Source: Anaerolineae bacterium
Lineage (GTDB): Bacteria > Chloroflexota > Anaerolineae > B4-G1 > SLSP01
NCBI GenBank assembly: GCA_034435555.1
Contig: DAOTXC010000195.1
Coordinates: 697 to 64,696, forward strand
Direction of reading: 5' to 3'
Length of the DNA: 64,000 bases
Position 1 is the stretch's first letter. Every line of letters begins with the position of its first letter. Below the pieces are notes generated by a model. The model did no database searches, had not been told where the DNA came from, and worked only from the letters and a program-made list of their open reading frames with translations. The position numbers were made by a program, and so were the translations under genes. Of the stretch, positions 18,622 to 28,323 are shown piece by piece.

Positions 18622-19584
18622 ATGCAACGTGGTGCAACCAAAAAAACCAAGACGGAGCAACAAATCGTCCTCGACCGCAAAATGGTCACCCTGCACAACA
18701 CCCTCACCTGGGACCTGGAACGCTGCGTGGGCTGCCAGATCGGGCCGCTGGTCTGCCCAAAGGACGCCATCAGCCATGTGCCGGCGGTGTTGGAGGAAGG
18801 CCGGCTGACACAAAAGGCGTCGGTGGACATTGACCCGGAGACGTGCGTCTTCTGCGGCATGTGCGTGGTCATGTGCCCGATGAACGCCATCACCATGGAG
18901 GTCAACGGCAAAGAGGAGATCCCGGTGCAAAAGGCCGAGGCCTTCCCGATGTTGATCGAGTCCAACAAGTTTGACCGTGACGCCTTCGATATGGAGCGCA
19001 AGGACTTCGTCATCGAGAACTGCCCGACGAACGTGATCAGCTACGTCGAAGAGAGCGACACGCTCAAGGTGGATCAGAAGCATTGCATCCGCTGCCGCCA
19101 ATGCGAAGTCGCCAGCGATGGCGCGTTCACGGTGGTGCAGCCGTGGCAGGGCAGCGTCGAATTACGGCGGGAGCTGTGCGTGGAGGGCTGCCTGGCCTGT
19201 GCGGACATTTGCCCGACGCGCGCGCTGCACATTGACGAGGATGGCAACCTGGCGTTGGCGGATTACTACTGCATCAAGTGCGGCGCGTGTATGCAGGTCT
19301 GCCCCATCAAAGCCGAAGTAGAGACGTATGAAGTCCCCTTCGAGTACGCAGGAACGACCTACACCCGCGAGCACGAGCGCATCACCAACCTGGCGGCGCT
19401 GCCCATCGTGGTGGAGCGCTGGCGCGTGGGCCACACCGAGGTGCAGAGCGGCGCATGGATCGCGGCGGTCATCCGCCTGGCCGATGACCGGGCCGGCGCG
19501 ATGGAGCTTGATCGCAAGCGGGCGCTCAAGCGGCGCGACCTACTCACGGCCCTCAAGGGCGGGCGGGCGCTGCTGGAAAAATAA
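18622..19584 (+). CDS. polyferredoxin-like protein (five or more 4Fe-4S binding motifs)
   Basis: CVGCQIGPLVCP, CVFCGMCVVMCP, CIRCRQCEVAS, CVEGCLACADICP, CIKCGACMQVCP. Confidence 0.75.
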   Translation: MQRGATKKTKTEQQIVLDRKMVTLHNTLTWDLERCVGCQIGPLVCPKDAISHVPAVLEEGRLTQKASVDIDPETCVFCGMCVVMCPMNAITMEVNGKEEIPVQKAEAFPMLIESNKFDRDAFDMERKDFVIENCPTNVISYVEESDTLKVDQKHCIRCRQCEVASDGAFTVVQPWQGSVELRRELCVEGCLACADICPTRALHIDEDGNLALADYYCIKCGACMQVCPIKAEVETYEVPFEYAGTTYTREHERITNLAALPIVVERWRVGHTEVQSGAWIAAVIRLADDRAGAMELDRKRALKRRDLLTALKGGRALLEK

Positions 19585-19602
19585 CTTCACAGCCAGACAA
19601 GA

Positions 19603-19643
19603 TCAGGGACAGGCAAATGCCTGTCCCTGATGTGTTTCTATTG
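19603..19643 (+). terminator. strong intrinsic terminator closing the aor-hdr operon
   Basis: Perfect 12-bp stem TCAGGGACAGGC-aaat-GCCTGTCCCTGA followed by TGTGTTTCTATTG. Confidence 0.7.
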
Positions 19644-19755
19644 TAGCGCGGCCTGTCTAGTACAACGCGGCAGAAGTCCTTACCCAGTTAGTCAGGCTCA
19701 GAGGGGAGCGCCAGATCCCCGATTCTACGGCAAATCGGGGAGCTGGCGCTCCCCT

Positions 19756-22434
19756 TCAAGCAACTTTAACTTTCGCGTCACGCGGCAAGGTGAACCAGAA
19801 GGTGCTCCCCTCCCCCACCGCGCTCTCGACGCCCACCTCACCGCCGAGCTTTTCCACAATCCGCCGCACGATGGACAATCCCAGGCCGTAGCCCTTCGCC
19901 CGCACCTGTCCTAGCCGCGTGAACTCGGTGAACAACTTCGCCTGCGCCTCCGGCGTCAACCCCGCGCCGTCATCGCGCACCCAGAAACGAACGCTGGCTT
20001 GTCCCTCCCGCTGATCCCAACCGAGTTCGATTCGGGGCGGATCGCCGCCATACTTGAGCGCGTTGCTGATGTAGTTGACCCACACCTCCTCCACCCACGG
20101 CGCATGTCCAAATGCCTTCGGCCAGGTAGCAGGCTCCGGCGTAACGAGCTGCGCCTGCGCCTTCTCCAGCGCCAATCGTAACCGGTCGCAAGCCTCCTGC
20201 ACCACCGCGCCCATCGCCAGCGGCTCCGCGATCACCTCATCCTTGCGCACGCTGGCCAACAAGAGCAACTCATCAACGATGACCTGAAGCTTCTCGCTGG
20301 AATGCAGCACAGTTTCGAGCGCCTCTGTGCGCTCTTCCAGCGTCATCGTATCATGGGTTTGCCAAAGGAATCCCAGGTAACCGATCACTGTCCCCAGAGG
20401 ATTCTTGAGATCGTGGGCCACCGTGTGCGCGAAGGCGTCCAGCTCGGCGTTTTGCAGCTCCAACTGCTCGGCATAGTGGCGCAATGCCTCCTCGGCCTCC
20501 TTGCGGGCCGTAATATCCTCTTTGATGGCAATGTAGTGGGTGACGCGGCCCTCCGCATCCAACACGGGCGCAATAGCGGCGGATTCCCAATACAGCGATC
20601 CATCTTTGCGCCGATTGAGCAGCTCGCCATACCAGATCTCTCCGCGCGTAATGGTCTGCCACAGATTGCGATAAAACTCCGGCGGATGATGGCCCGATTT
20701 GAGCACGCGCGGGTTCTGACCCTGCGCCTCCTCAACGGTATAGCCAGTGATGCGCGTGAAGGCCGGATTGACGTATTCAATTGTCCCCTCGGGATCGGTG
20801 ATGAGAATTGTGCTGGCGCTCTGCTCGATGGCGCGGGAGAGTTTGCGCAGTTTCAGGTTCTGCGTCTCCAACCGCTGCTGATAGAGCTGCAGCTGCTCCT
20901 CGCTGCGCTTGCGCTCCACGATACTCCAAATGACATCGGCCACGTAAGCGACGAGCGCCACATCCCGCTCGTTATAGTCCTCCGGCTTATTGCCCACCCC
21001 CAGTATGGAGACGATATGCCCGTTGCGCAAGGTCGGGACAACCAGCTCGCGCTTGATCTCGGCGTGACCTGGCGGCAAGCCCTTACGGTGCGGCAGTGCG
21101 GCGTAGTCGTTGTGGATGATGGGGCGACGCTCACGCACACAATCCACCCACACACCGGCCTGATCAATAGGATAGTGCCGCCCTTCGCCCTCAGCCTGGA
21201 AAAATTCCTCTATTGTGCGCGTGGACCACGCCTGAAGCGAGAGCGTTTGTTGATCCTCCTCCACGAAGTGGTAAAAGCCAATAGGACTCTGGGTCAGTGC
21301 GCCAATCTCATCGAGCGCACGCTGCATCAACGCTTCCAATGAATGCTCAGCGGCGAATTCCACCAATTGCAGACGCAAGCGCAACACCATCTCAGCCCGC
21401 TTACGCTCGGTGATGTCGCGCGCGATGGTCTGCAGGGCCGGGCGACCCTGATATTCCAGGCGTCCGGTGATGACCTCCACATCCAAAATGCGGCCATCCA
21501 GGCGTATAAACCGTTCTTCGAGCAGCGGGGCTGGCTCGCCATCGCTGAGTACCTGGGCCACCCGTTGCTGCGCTACTGCCCGAAAGTCGGGATGGACAAA
21601 CTCGATAGCAGAACGTCCCAACAGCACTTCTGGCGAGGCAGCCCCCAACAATTTCGCAGCAGCAGAGTTCGCAAAGACTATCGCCTGATCCCGATAGACA
21701 ACAATCGCATCGGGGGAGAGTTCCACCAACTGCCGATAACGCGCTTCGCTCTCCTGCAAAGACTGCTGCTGCATCTCGACATTGAGGAACAGCCGGCGAT
21801 TGATCAACATAAAGATGATGAGGATAGTAGCGAAGACCAACACTTGATAGGCAACCATCAGCAGCCCCTCGTACAGCGCTTCGTTTTGTAGAAAGTCACT
21901 CACCGGAGAGATAAACAAATTGGCCAGGATGCAGGCGGCGCTGATCAGGAAGTAGCCGACAAAGACCGTACTGGCCCACTTAGTTATAGGATAAAATTCT
22001 TTCCCCAGCTGTTGCATCAACAAGAGACATTGGAGCAAGATAATCAGAATGGCGAGCGATGCATTGATATTACGCGCGCCCAGATTGGGTTGGATAAAGG
22101 TAAAATAGGCATGGACAGCGATAAATATCCCCAAAAGGAAGCCCTGACGCCACCAATGTTTCGGCTGCTCGAAAAAGTACACCAGCCCCATGTAGAAGAA
22201 GATCAACCCAGCTGCCAGAAATGCGTTGCCCACCATGATGGAAAGCCACACCGGGATCACGCCACGCAGCACGAAGAGCACCATCGCCAGGGTGTGGATG
22301 GCGAAATCGGCCAACCACAAACCCAGGCCCGCGAAGCGGTGGCGATATTGCTGCCACAACAACGCAATGATGATCGTGCCGAGCACGGAAGCGATAACCT
22401 GGTTGAGAATGATCGTTCGCATGTCAATAGACAT
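19756..22434 (-). CDS. 7TM-receptor-type multi-sensor histidine kinase (N-terminal 7TM, PAS, GAF, PAS, HisKA, HATPase_c)
   Basis: About seven N-terminal TM helices, two PAS-like regions flanking a GAF-like region, an H-box (VAHDLKNPL) and ATPase G-boxes. Confidence 0.85.
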   Translation of the reverse strand: MSIDMRTIILNQVIASVLGTIIIALLWQQYRHRFAGLGLWLADFAIHTLAMVLFVLRGVIPVWLSIMVGNAFLAAGLIFFYMGLVYFFEQPKHWWRQGFLLGIFIAVHAYFTFIQPNLGARNINASLAILIILLQCLLLMQQLGKEFYPITKWASTVFVGYFLISAACILANLFISPVSDFLQNEALYEGLLMVAYQVLVFATILIIFMLINRRLFLNVEMQQQSLQESEARYRQLVELSPDAIVVYRDQAIVFANSAAAKLLGAASPEVLLGRSAIEFVHPDFRAVAQQRVAQVLSDGEPAPLLEERFIRLDGRILDVEVITGRLEYQGRPALQTIARDITERKRAEMVLRLRLQLVEFAAEHSLEALMQRALDEIGALTQSPIGFYHFVEEDQQTLSLQAWSTRTIEEFFQAEGEGRHYPIDQAGVWVDCVRERRPIIHNDYAALPHRKGLPPGHAEIKRELVVPTLRNGHIVSILGVGNKPEDYNERDVALVAYVADVIWSIVERKRSEEQLQLYQQRLETQNLKLRKLSRAIEQSASTILITDPEGTIEYVNPAFTRITGYTVEEAQGQNPRVLKSGHHPPEFYRNLWQTITRGEIWYGELLNRRKDGSLYWESAAIAPVLDAEGRVTHYIAIKEDITARKEAEEALRHYAEQLELQNAELDAFAHTVAHDLKNPLGTVIGYLGFLWQTHDTMTLEERTEALETVLHSSEKLQVIVDELLLLASVRKDEVIAEPLAMGAVVQEACDRLRLALEKAQAQLVTPEPATWPKAFGHAPWVEEVWVNYISNALKYGGDPPRIELGWDQREGQASVRFWVRDDGAGLTPEAQAKLFTEFTRLGQVRAKGYGLGLSIVRRIVEKLGGEVGVESAVGEGSTFWFTLPRDAKVKVA

Positions 22435-22559
22435 CTTCTACTCCGGCTCCTTTCAGGGGGACCATCACCTCAAGTATAATTCACATTCACGAACCCACAA
22501 CCGCCAACACGCCTCCGCGCTTTCCCTAACGCCAAAATTTGTTAAAATATCCCTCACAT

Positions 22560-25055
22560 ATGAAAACAACAACACAAATCAAAAAGTACGCCCTTTGGGT
22601 CTGGCTGGCGCTCAGCCTGCTGGTAAGCCTGCCCTACCTGTATGCAGCATTCACCACCCTGCCGGGACGCGCCATCGCGCCACTGGATGACGCCTACATC
22701 ACCTACCAGTACGCCCGCCAGATCGCGCTGGGCCATCCCTACCAGTTCAACACCGGCGACGCTCCCAGCACCGGCATGACCAGTCCACTCTTCGGCTACC
22801 TGCTTGGCGGGGCCTATCGCCTCGGCGCGACCGATGAACGGCTCATCGCCCTCGCGCTGGGGCTGAGCGTGTTGTGGCTGGCGCTGGCCGCGCACCTCAC
22901 CGCCGCGCTCACCCGCCGCCTCCTCGCCGCGCACGAGCGCGCTCCCGGCCCCTGGCCCACCGTCGCAGGACTGCTGACCCTGCTCTCCGGTGGCCTCCAA
23001 TGGGCCAGCTGCAACGGTATGGAGACCGGCCTCGTCACCGTACTGCTCCTCGCCGCCCTGGTCGCCCACCTCGATGAACGCCCCGGCTGGATGACCCTGT
23101 GGCTCGCGCTGGCCGGCCTCGCCCGCCCGGAAGGGCTGCTACTCACGCTGCTCATCGGCGCGCTCACCCTCCTGCAGGCGCTGCTAGAACGCCGCCGCCT
23201 GCCCTGGCGCATCCTGGGCCTGCTCACACTCGCCCTCATCGCGGGGCTACTGCCCTCTTTCGTCAATTGGCTGCTCACCGGCGAGAGCAGCGCTGCCGGG
23301 TTGCAGGGCAAAGCCTGGTGGTATAATGTCCCGCGCCATTGGGATAATGTCATCCTGTCAATCCTGGATGGCTATCAACGGGTCATCTTCGGCGAACTGC
23401 TAGGACTTATGCCCCGCCTGCGCGGTTTCTTGCCCCCCTTCGTGCTGCCGCTGGCCCTGCTGGGATGGGGGTACCTGGCCCGCCGCCGCGATTGGCACAA
23501 ACTGGCCCTCACCAGCCTGTGGTTCTTCGGCGGGACGCTCTCCACCGCCGGCCTCATCACCGTGACGTGGCACTTTGGACGCTATCAGGCGCCCTTCATC
23601 CCTTTACTCAGCGCGGTCGCCGCGGTGGGCCTCGCGCCCCTCACCATCCGCTGGCGACGACCAGCGCGCCAGGCGCTTGTTCTGGCGCTCCTGCTCGCCA
23701 CCACGGCCTGGAGCACACCCGCTTTGCAGCTCTACCGGCGATCCGTTCACACCGTGGCACACCAACAGCTCGCCCTAGCCGATTGGCTACGCGAAAACAT
23801 CCCGCCCGACGCGCGCGTCGGCGTCCACGACACGGGCGCCCTCCGCTATCTGGGCGGCCATCCCACCTACGATCTCGTCGGCCTCACCACCGCCAGGGGC
23901 GCCTTCCCCTGGCGTGAGGGCGCGGGCAGCACCTTCGAGTACATGGAGCATCACCCCGCCCGCCCCGACTACTTCGCCATCTACCCCGATGCCTTCTCCA
24001 TCCCTTACATCGCAGCCACCGACCTCTTCGCCACGGCGCTCTACAGTGTCACCGTGGCCGACTACGGCGTCACCAGCGCCGGACCTACCCAGGGAATCTG
24101 GCGGGCGGATTGGAGCCTGGCGGGCAGCGGCGATCAACCGGCACAGCACGACATCCGCGCCCGGCTCGCGGGGCTGCCCCAGGTGGATGCCGTTGATCTG
24201 GCCGATATGGCCGACGAGGAGGTGCACGGCTGCACCTGGTGGCAGGGAACGCTGCGCCCCGGCTTCCCCACCGAACTCTGGCAGCTAGACTACCGCGCTC
24301 CGGCGACCGGCCCCGTCCTTGATGGCGGGCGGCTGCTCAACGGCGGCCTCAGCTGCCAGCTCGCCACCGAGCCGGGCGAACCGCTCTGGCTCGTCGTGCG
24401 CCTGCACCCACAGACCCCCGCCACCATCCAGGTGATAGTGGACGGGAACCCGATAGGCCCCTGGCGCACGCCAGCGCAGCCCGGCTACTGGCTTGAGAGC
24501 CTCTATCCCATCCCCGCCATAGCCATCACCAGCGAGCGGACCACCATCACGCTGGAAGTGCGCGACGTGGCAGGCGGCCATTACGCGCCCTACTACCTCT
24601 GGGCCTACCAGGGCACACCGCCCGCCACCTCTCCCCTGCCCACCACGCCCCTCCTCACCGCCTTCGCCGCCGCCGATGCCACCCTCTTCCTGCACGGGTA
24701 CGATCTTCCGGCCACCGAGTGGCGTCCCGGCGATACGCTGCCGCTCACGCTCTACTGGGAGGCGGCCAACGCCACCGCCAACGACGCCAAAGTCTTCGTC
24801 CACCTCTACGATGAGAGCGGCGCGCTCGGCCCTCAAGCCGACGGCTGGCCCCTCTACGAGACTCGCCCGCCCTACACCTGGCTGCCCGGCGAGATGATCG
24901 CCGATCCACGGCAGCTCCAACTTCCAACGGAGCTGCCCGCAGGTCGCTACACCCTGGCCGTCGGCCTCTACCCGCCCGAAGGCGGGCCGCGCCTCCCTAT
25001 CGCCGGCACCACGGCGGATTACGTGATCCTCACCACGCTTACCGTGGCCCCCTGA
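22560..25055 (+). CDS. large polytopic membrane protein, GT-C-fold glycosyltransferase-like (ArnT/PMT-like), with a C-terminal extracytoplasmic domain
   Basis: ATG at 22560 (MKTTTQ). An early loop has the acidic motif DDAYITYQYA typical of GT-C enzymes, followed by at least 10 TM helices and a roughly 350-aa soluble C-terminus. The family assignment is tentative. Confidence 0.5.
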   Translation: MKTTTQIKKYALWVWLALSLLVSLPYLYAAFTTLPGRAIAPLDDAYITYQYARQIALGHPYQFNTGDAPSTGMTSPLFGYLLGGAYRLGATDERLIALALGLSVLWLALAAHLTAALTRRLLAAHERAPGPWPTVAGLLTLLSGGLQWASCNGMETGLVTVLLLAALVAHLDERPGWMTLWLALAGLARPEGLLLTLLIGALTLLQALLERRRLPWRILGLLTLALIAGLLPSFVNWLLTGESSAAGLQGKAWWYNVPRHWDNVILSILDGYQRVIFGELLGLMPRLRGFLPPFVLPLALLGWGYLARRRDWHKLALTSLWFFGGTLSTAGLITVTWHFGRYQAPFIPLLSAVAAVGLAPLTIRWRRPARQALVLALLLATTAWSTPALQLYRRSVHTVAHQQLALADWLRENIPPDARVGVHDTGALRYLGGHPTYDLVGLTTARGAFPWREGAGSTFEYMEHHPARPDYFAIYPDAFSIPYIAATDLFATALYSVTVADYGVTSAGPTQGIWRADWSLAGSGDQPAQHDIRARLAGLPQVDAVDLADMADEEVHGCTWWQGTLRPGFPTELWQLDYRAPATGPVLDGGRLLNGGLSCQLATEPGEPLWLVVRLHPQTPATIQVIVDGNPIGPWRTPAQPGYWLESLYPIPAIAITSERTTITLEVRDVAGGHYAPYYLWAYQGTPPATSPLPTTPLLTAFAAADATLFLHGYDLPATEWRPGDTLPLTLYWEAANATANDAKVFVHLYDESGALGPQADGWPLYETRPPYTWLPGEMIADPRQLQLPTELPAGRYTLAVGLYPPEGGPRLPIAGTTADYVILTTLTVAP

Positions 25056-25090
25056 CAAAAAAAAGCCCGACACGCTGTGTCGGGCTAATT
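25056..25090 (-). terminator. intrinsic terminator of murA (also behind the convergent + strand gene)
   Basis: AGCCCGACAC-gct-GTGTCGGGCT stem preceded by an A8 run on the plus strand, which is U8 on the minus strand. Confidence 0.7.
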
Positions 25091-25104
25091 CGCTCAAGCG
25101 GAAC

Positions 25105-26403
25105 TCAGTAGGCAGTTATACAATGGCGCTCGATGCGCGCGCCCAGGGGCTGGAGCTTCGCTTCGATGCGCTCGTAGCCTCGATCAATCTGGCGGATGTT
25201 GCGGATGAGGCTCTGCCCCTCGGCAGCCAGCGCCGCCACCAGGATCGCCATCCCCGCGCGGATGTCGGGGCTTTCGGCCTCGTCGCCGTGCAGCCGCGAA
25301 GGGCCATAGACCAGCGCCCGGTGCGGATCGCAGAGCACGATGCGCGCCCCCATCGGGATCAGCTTGTCCACGAAGAAGAGCCGGCTCTCGAACATCTTAT
25401 CGTGGAAGAGGATCGCCCCTTCGCACTGCGTCGCCAGCACTAGCGTGATGCTCATCAGATCCGCCGGGAAGCCCGGCCAGGGCGCATCGTAAATCGAGGG
25501 GATGGCCCCGCCCATATCCGGCAGCACCTGCAACGATTGCTCCGCCGGCACGAAGATGTCCTCGCCGCGCACCTCAAAGGTGACGCCAAGACGCTCGTAG
25601 ACTATCCGCACCATGCGCAGATGCTGGGGCACAGCGTTGCGAATCAGTAACTCGCCGTGCGTCGCCACCGCGAGCGCGATGTAGCTCCCCACCTCGATGT
25701 GATCGGAGCCGATAGTGAAATCGGTGCCATGCAGCCGCTCCACGCCGTGGATGGTCAGCACGTTGGTCCCCACGCCCTCGATCTGCGCGCCCATGCTGTT
25801 GAGCATCCGGCACAAATCCTGGACGTGCGGCTCGGAGGCGGCGTTGCGCAGGATCGTGGTTCCCTGGGCCAGCGTCGCCGCCATCACCGCATTCTCCGTC
25901 CCGGTGACGCTGGCCTCATCCAACAGGATGTCCGCGCCGCGCAAGGCCCGCGCGCGCAAGCCGTAGGTTACGCCATCCTCCACCTGCGCGCCCAACGCCT
26001 CGAACGCGAGGAAGTGCGTATCCACGCGCCGCCGTCCGATCACGTCGCCGCCGGGCGCGGGCAGCGCCAGCTGCTGGTGGCGGGCAAGCAGCGGCCCCGC
26101 CACCAGAATCGAGCCACGGATGGCGCGGAAGGCCTCCCGCATCTGGACAGGATCGGGCGGCGCGACGGCGTGCGCCCGCAACGACCAGGTGTGCGGATCC
26201 AACCGCTGCACCTGCACGCCCAACGATTCGAGCAGTTCCGCCATCGTTACCACGTCGCGGATGTCGGGCAGGTTGCGTAGAATCACCTCCTCATCGGTTA
26301 GCAACGCCGCTGCCAATGTTGGTAACGCCGCGTTTTTATTGCCGCTGGGCAGAATCTCCCCTCGCAGGGACACCCCACCCTCGATCACAAAATATTCACT
26401 CAT
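25105..26403 (-). CDS. murA: UDP-N-acetylglucosamine 1-carboxyvinyltransferase
   Basis: Canonical MurA sequence throughout (KNAALP, LRGADI..., catalytic Cys region). Confidence 0.95.
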   Translation of the reverse strand: MSEYFVIEGGVSLRGEILPSGNKNAALPTLAAALLTDEEVILRNLPDIRDVVTMAELLESLGVQVQRLDPHTWSLRAHAVAPPDPVQMREAFRAIRGSILVAGPLLARHQQLALPAPGGDVIGRRRVDTHFLAFEALGAQVEDGVTYGLRARALRGADILLDEASVTGTENAVMAATLAQGTTILRNAASEPHVQDLCRMLNSMGAQIEGVGTNVLTIHGVERLHGTDFTIGSDHIEVGSYIALAVATHGELLIRNAVPQHLRMVRIVYERLGVTFEVRGEDIFVPAEQSLQVLPDMGGAIPSIYDAPWPGFPADLMSITLVLATQCEGAILFHDKMFESRLFFVDKLIPMGARIVLCDPHRALVYGPSRLHGDEAESPDIRAGMAILVAALAAEGQSLIRNIRQIDRGYERIEAKLQPLGARIERHCITAY

Positions 26404-26454
26404 TCGGAAACCTCCTGGAAAGTCTAGCGAGTCAGCAAGTCAGCGAATCGGCGC

Positions 26455-27375
26455 TTAGTCGCCCATCATCGAAATATCGCGGGCGCGCTCAAAAGGCCGA
26501 TTGTAGAAGCGCCAGGTCGGGTAGGCAAATTCGACCGTCGGCTCCTGCGCGAAGGCCAGCAAGATCGCCTGCGCCAGATCGTGTTCTGTCGAGCGCCGCC
26601 GCCGGGGTTCGCAGAGATAGCGTAATGTGAGCAAGACGCCGTTTTGTTCGATACGCACGTACACGTAGGGCATCAGTTTCTTGTAAAGGATGAGGTAATG
26701 GGATTGCGCCTTCCGCAACGCGGCCTCCGCTGCGGTCGCCACCGCGCCCACCTCATGCAGCGCAATCTCCTGCACCAAGGCCCGCGCGTGTTCCCAATCG
26801 CTCTCGAAGGTCAGATGCAACGCGAGCTCATTCCAGAGGTAAGGAAATCCCTCATGATAGTTAGCCAGCGTGTATTCGAAGACCCAGGAATTAGGTACAT
26901 GCAACACGCGTCCGGTGCTCTGGTCCGCATCCACCCAATTGGTGATCTCCAGCAACACGGTCTGGAAGACGCGGATGTCAATCACATCGCCGATATAATC
27001 GCCAATCTGAATGCGATCCCCCTCCTTGAAAGGATGGCGCAACACGATGAAGAGCCAGCCGGTGAAGTTGTTCAGTGGCTCGCGGAGCGCAATCGCCAAT
27101 CCCGCCGAGAGCAGGCCCAAAAAGGTCGCCATTGACTGCAGGTCCTCGATCCACAGCCAGGCAATCGCTATCAGCCCCAGGCCCGCGAGCAGATAGCTGA
27201 GCTGTTTGCGGCGGTGATGTTGCAGTTGCAGGTCTTCGATGCGGCGGATGAAGAGCGCCAGAAGCACGCTGCGCAACAGCCACAGCAGCAGCACGATGAG
27301 GACAACGCCCAGCAGGCGTAGCTCCAGCTGGGAAAGCAGCTCCATCCACAGTTGGCTGAGTGTATCGAAATCCAC
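26455..27375 (-). CDS. small-conductance mechanosensitive channel (MscS family)
   Basis: TM helices followed by an MscS beta-domain signature (IQIGDYIGDVIDIRVFQTVLLEI...GRVLHVPNS). Confidence 0.8.
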   Translation of the reverse strand: MDFDTLSQLWMELLSQLELRLLGVVLIVLLLWLLRSVLLALFIRRIEDLQLQHHRRKQLSYLLAGLGLIAIAWLWIEDLQSMATFLGLLSAGLAIALREPLNNFTGWLFIVLRHPFKEGDRIQIGDYIGDVIDIRVFQTVLLEITNWVDADQSTGRVLHVPNSWVFEYTLANYHEGFPYLWNELALHLTFESDWEHARALVQEIALHEVGAVATAAEAALRKAQSHYLILYKKLMPYVYVRIEQNGVLLTLRYLCEPRRRRSTEHDLAQAILLAFAQEPTVEFAYPTWRFYNRPFERARDISMMGD

Positions 27376-27389
27376 TTGCGCTTCGCCCC

Positions 27390-28220
27390 CTACAACGCAA
27401 TCTCGACCTTATCGCCCAACCGCAGGCCCAGCGTTTGCGCGCCGTGCTGCTGCGCAACAGCCAGCTCCAAAAGGCCCTCGCTGCCCACCAGCGCCAACGG
27501 TTCGCCGGGCGCGACCTCGCCATAGGTGCGGCGAATCGGGCCGATATCGCGCTCGCCCACGGAAACGCGCACCTGCTCCGAGCGCAACAGCGCCGATTGT
27601 GTCTGTCCAAAAATCGGATCGAGGTGCAGCAATGTCCCGCCCCAGGTCAGCCGCCCGATACTGGTGACGGCATTGCCGAAGCGATCAATGTAGATGACCT
27701 CGCCCTGCACATGCTTACCGCGCACTGTCAGGCTCGGCGGGGACAAGCGCACCAGATCGTGCGGTTCCACCTGCGGCCCCAGCTCCACCAACGAAACGCC
27801 CGTTGCCAGATGGGCCGCCGCCGGCGCGAAAATGTCCCGCCCGTGAAAGGTCGTGCTGATGACAGGGCGATGATACTTGGGATGGGTCAACCGCACCGTG
27901 CGTAACGGGGGCTTGACGGCCCAGACGTAGGAGAAGATGCCATTATCCGGCCCCACCAGGACGCCCCACTCGGTCAGCGAAGCGAGGGCTTGGCGCTCTG
28001 TACCCACGCCGGGATCAACGACAACCAGATGCACACTCGCCCGCGAGAAGTAGCCCAAGGCCGTCCACAACACGTAGGCCGCGCTGCGCACATCGTGCGG
28101 GGGAATCTCGTGGGTGATGTCAATCAGTGGCACATTCGGCGCGATCCCCGACAGCACACCCTTGAGCACCCCCACGTAGCCATCCTGCAGGCCAAAGTCT
28201 GTCGTCAAGGTGATCAGCAT
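27390..28220 (-). CDS. SAM hydroxide adenosyltransferase family protein (DUF62, fluorinase/chlorinase-like fold)
   Basis: The N-terminal LTTDFGLQDGYVG and the following pattern are typical of DUF62 proteins. Confidence 0.7.
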   Translation of the reverse strand: MLITLTTDFGLQDGYVGVLKGVLSGIAPNVPLIDITHEIPPHDVRSAAYVLWTALGYFSRASVHLVVVDPGVGTERQALASLTEWGVLVGPDNGIFSYVWAVKPPLRTVRLTHPKYHRPVISTTFHGRDIFAPAAAHLATGVSLVELGPQVEPHDLVRLSPPSLTVRGKHVQGEVIYIDRFGNAVTSIGRLTWGGTLLHLDPIFGQTQSALLRSEQVRVSVGERDIGPIRRTYGEVAPGEPLALVGSEGLLELAVAQQHGAQTLGLRLGDKVEIAL

Positions 28221-28323
28221 CTCACGCCTCCTCTCAAAAATGGCTCACGGATTGACACGGATTTCACAGATGAGAAATAAACATCTGCCCTGACTCTGGC
28301 GTGTACACGTTCACACATTATTT

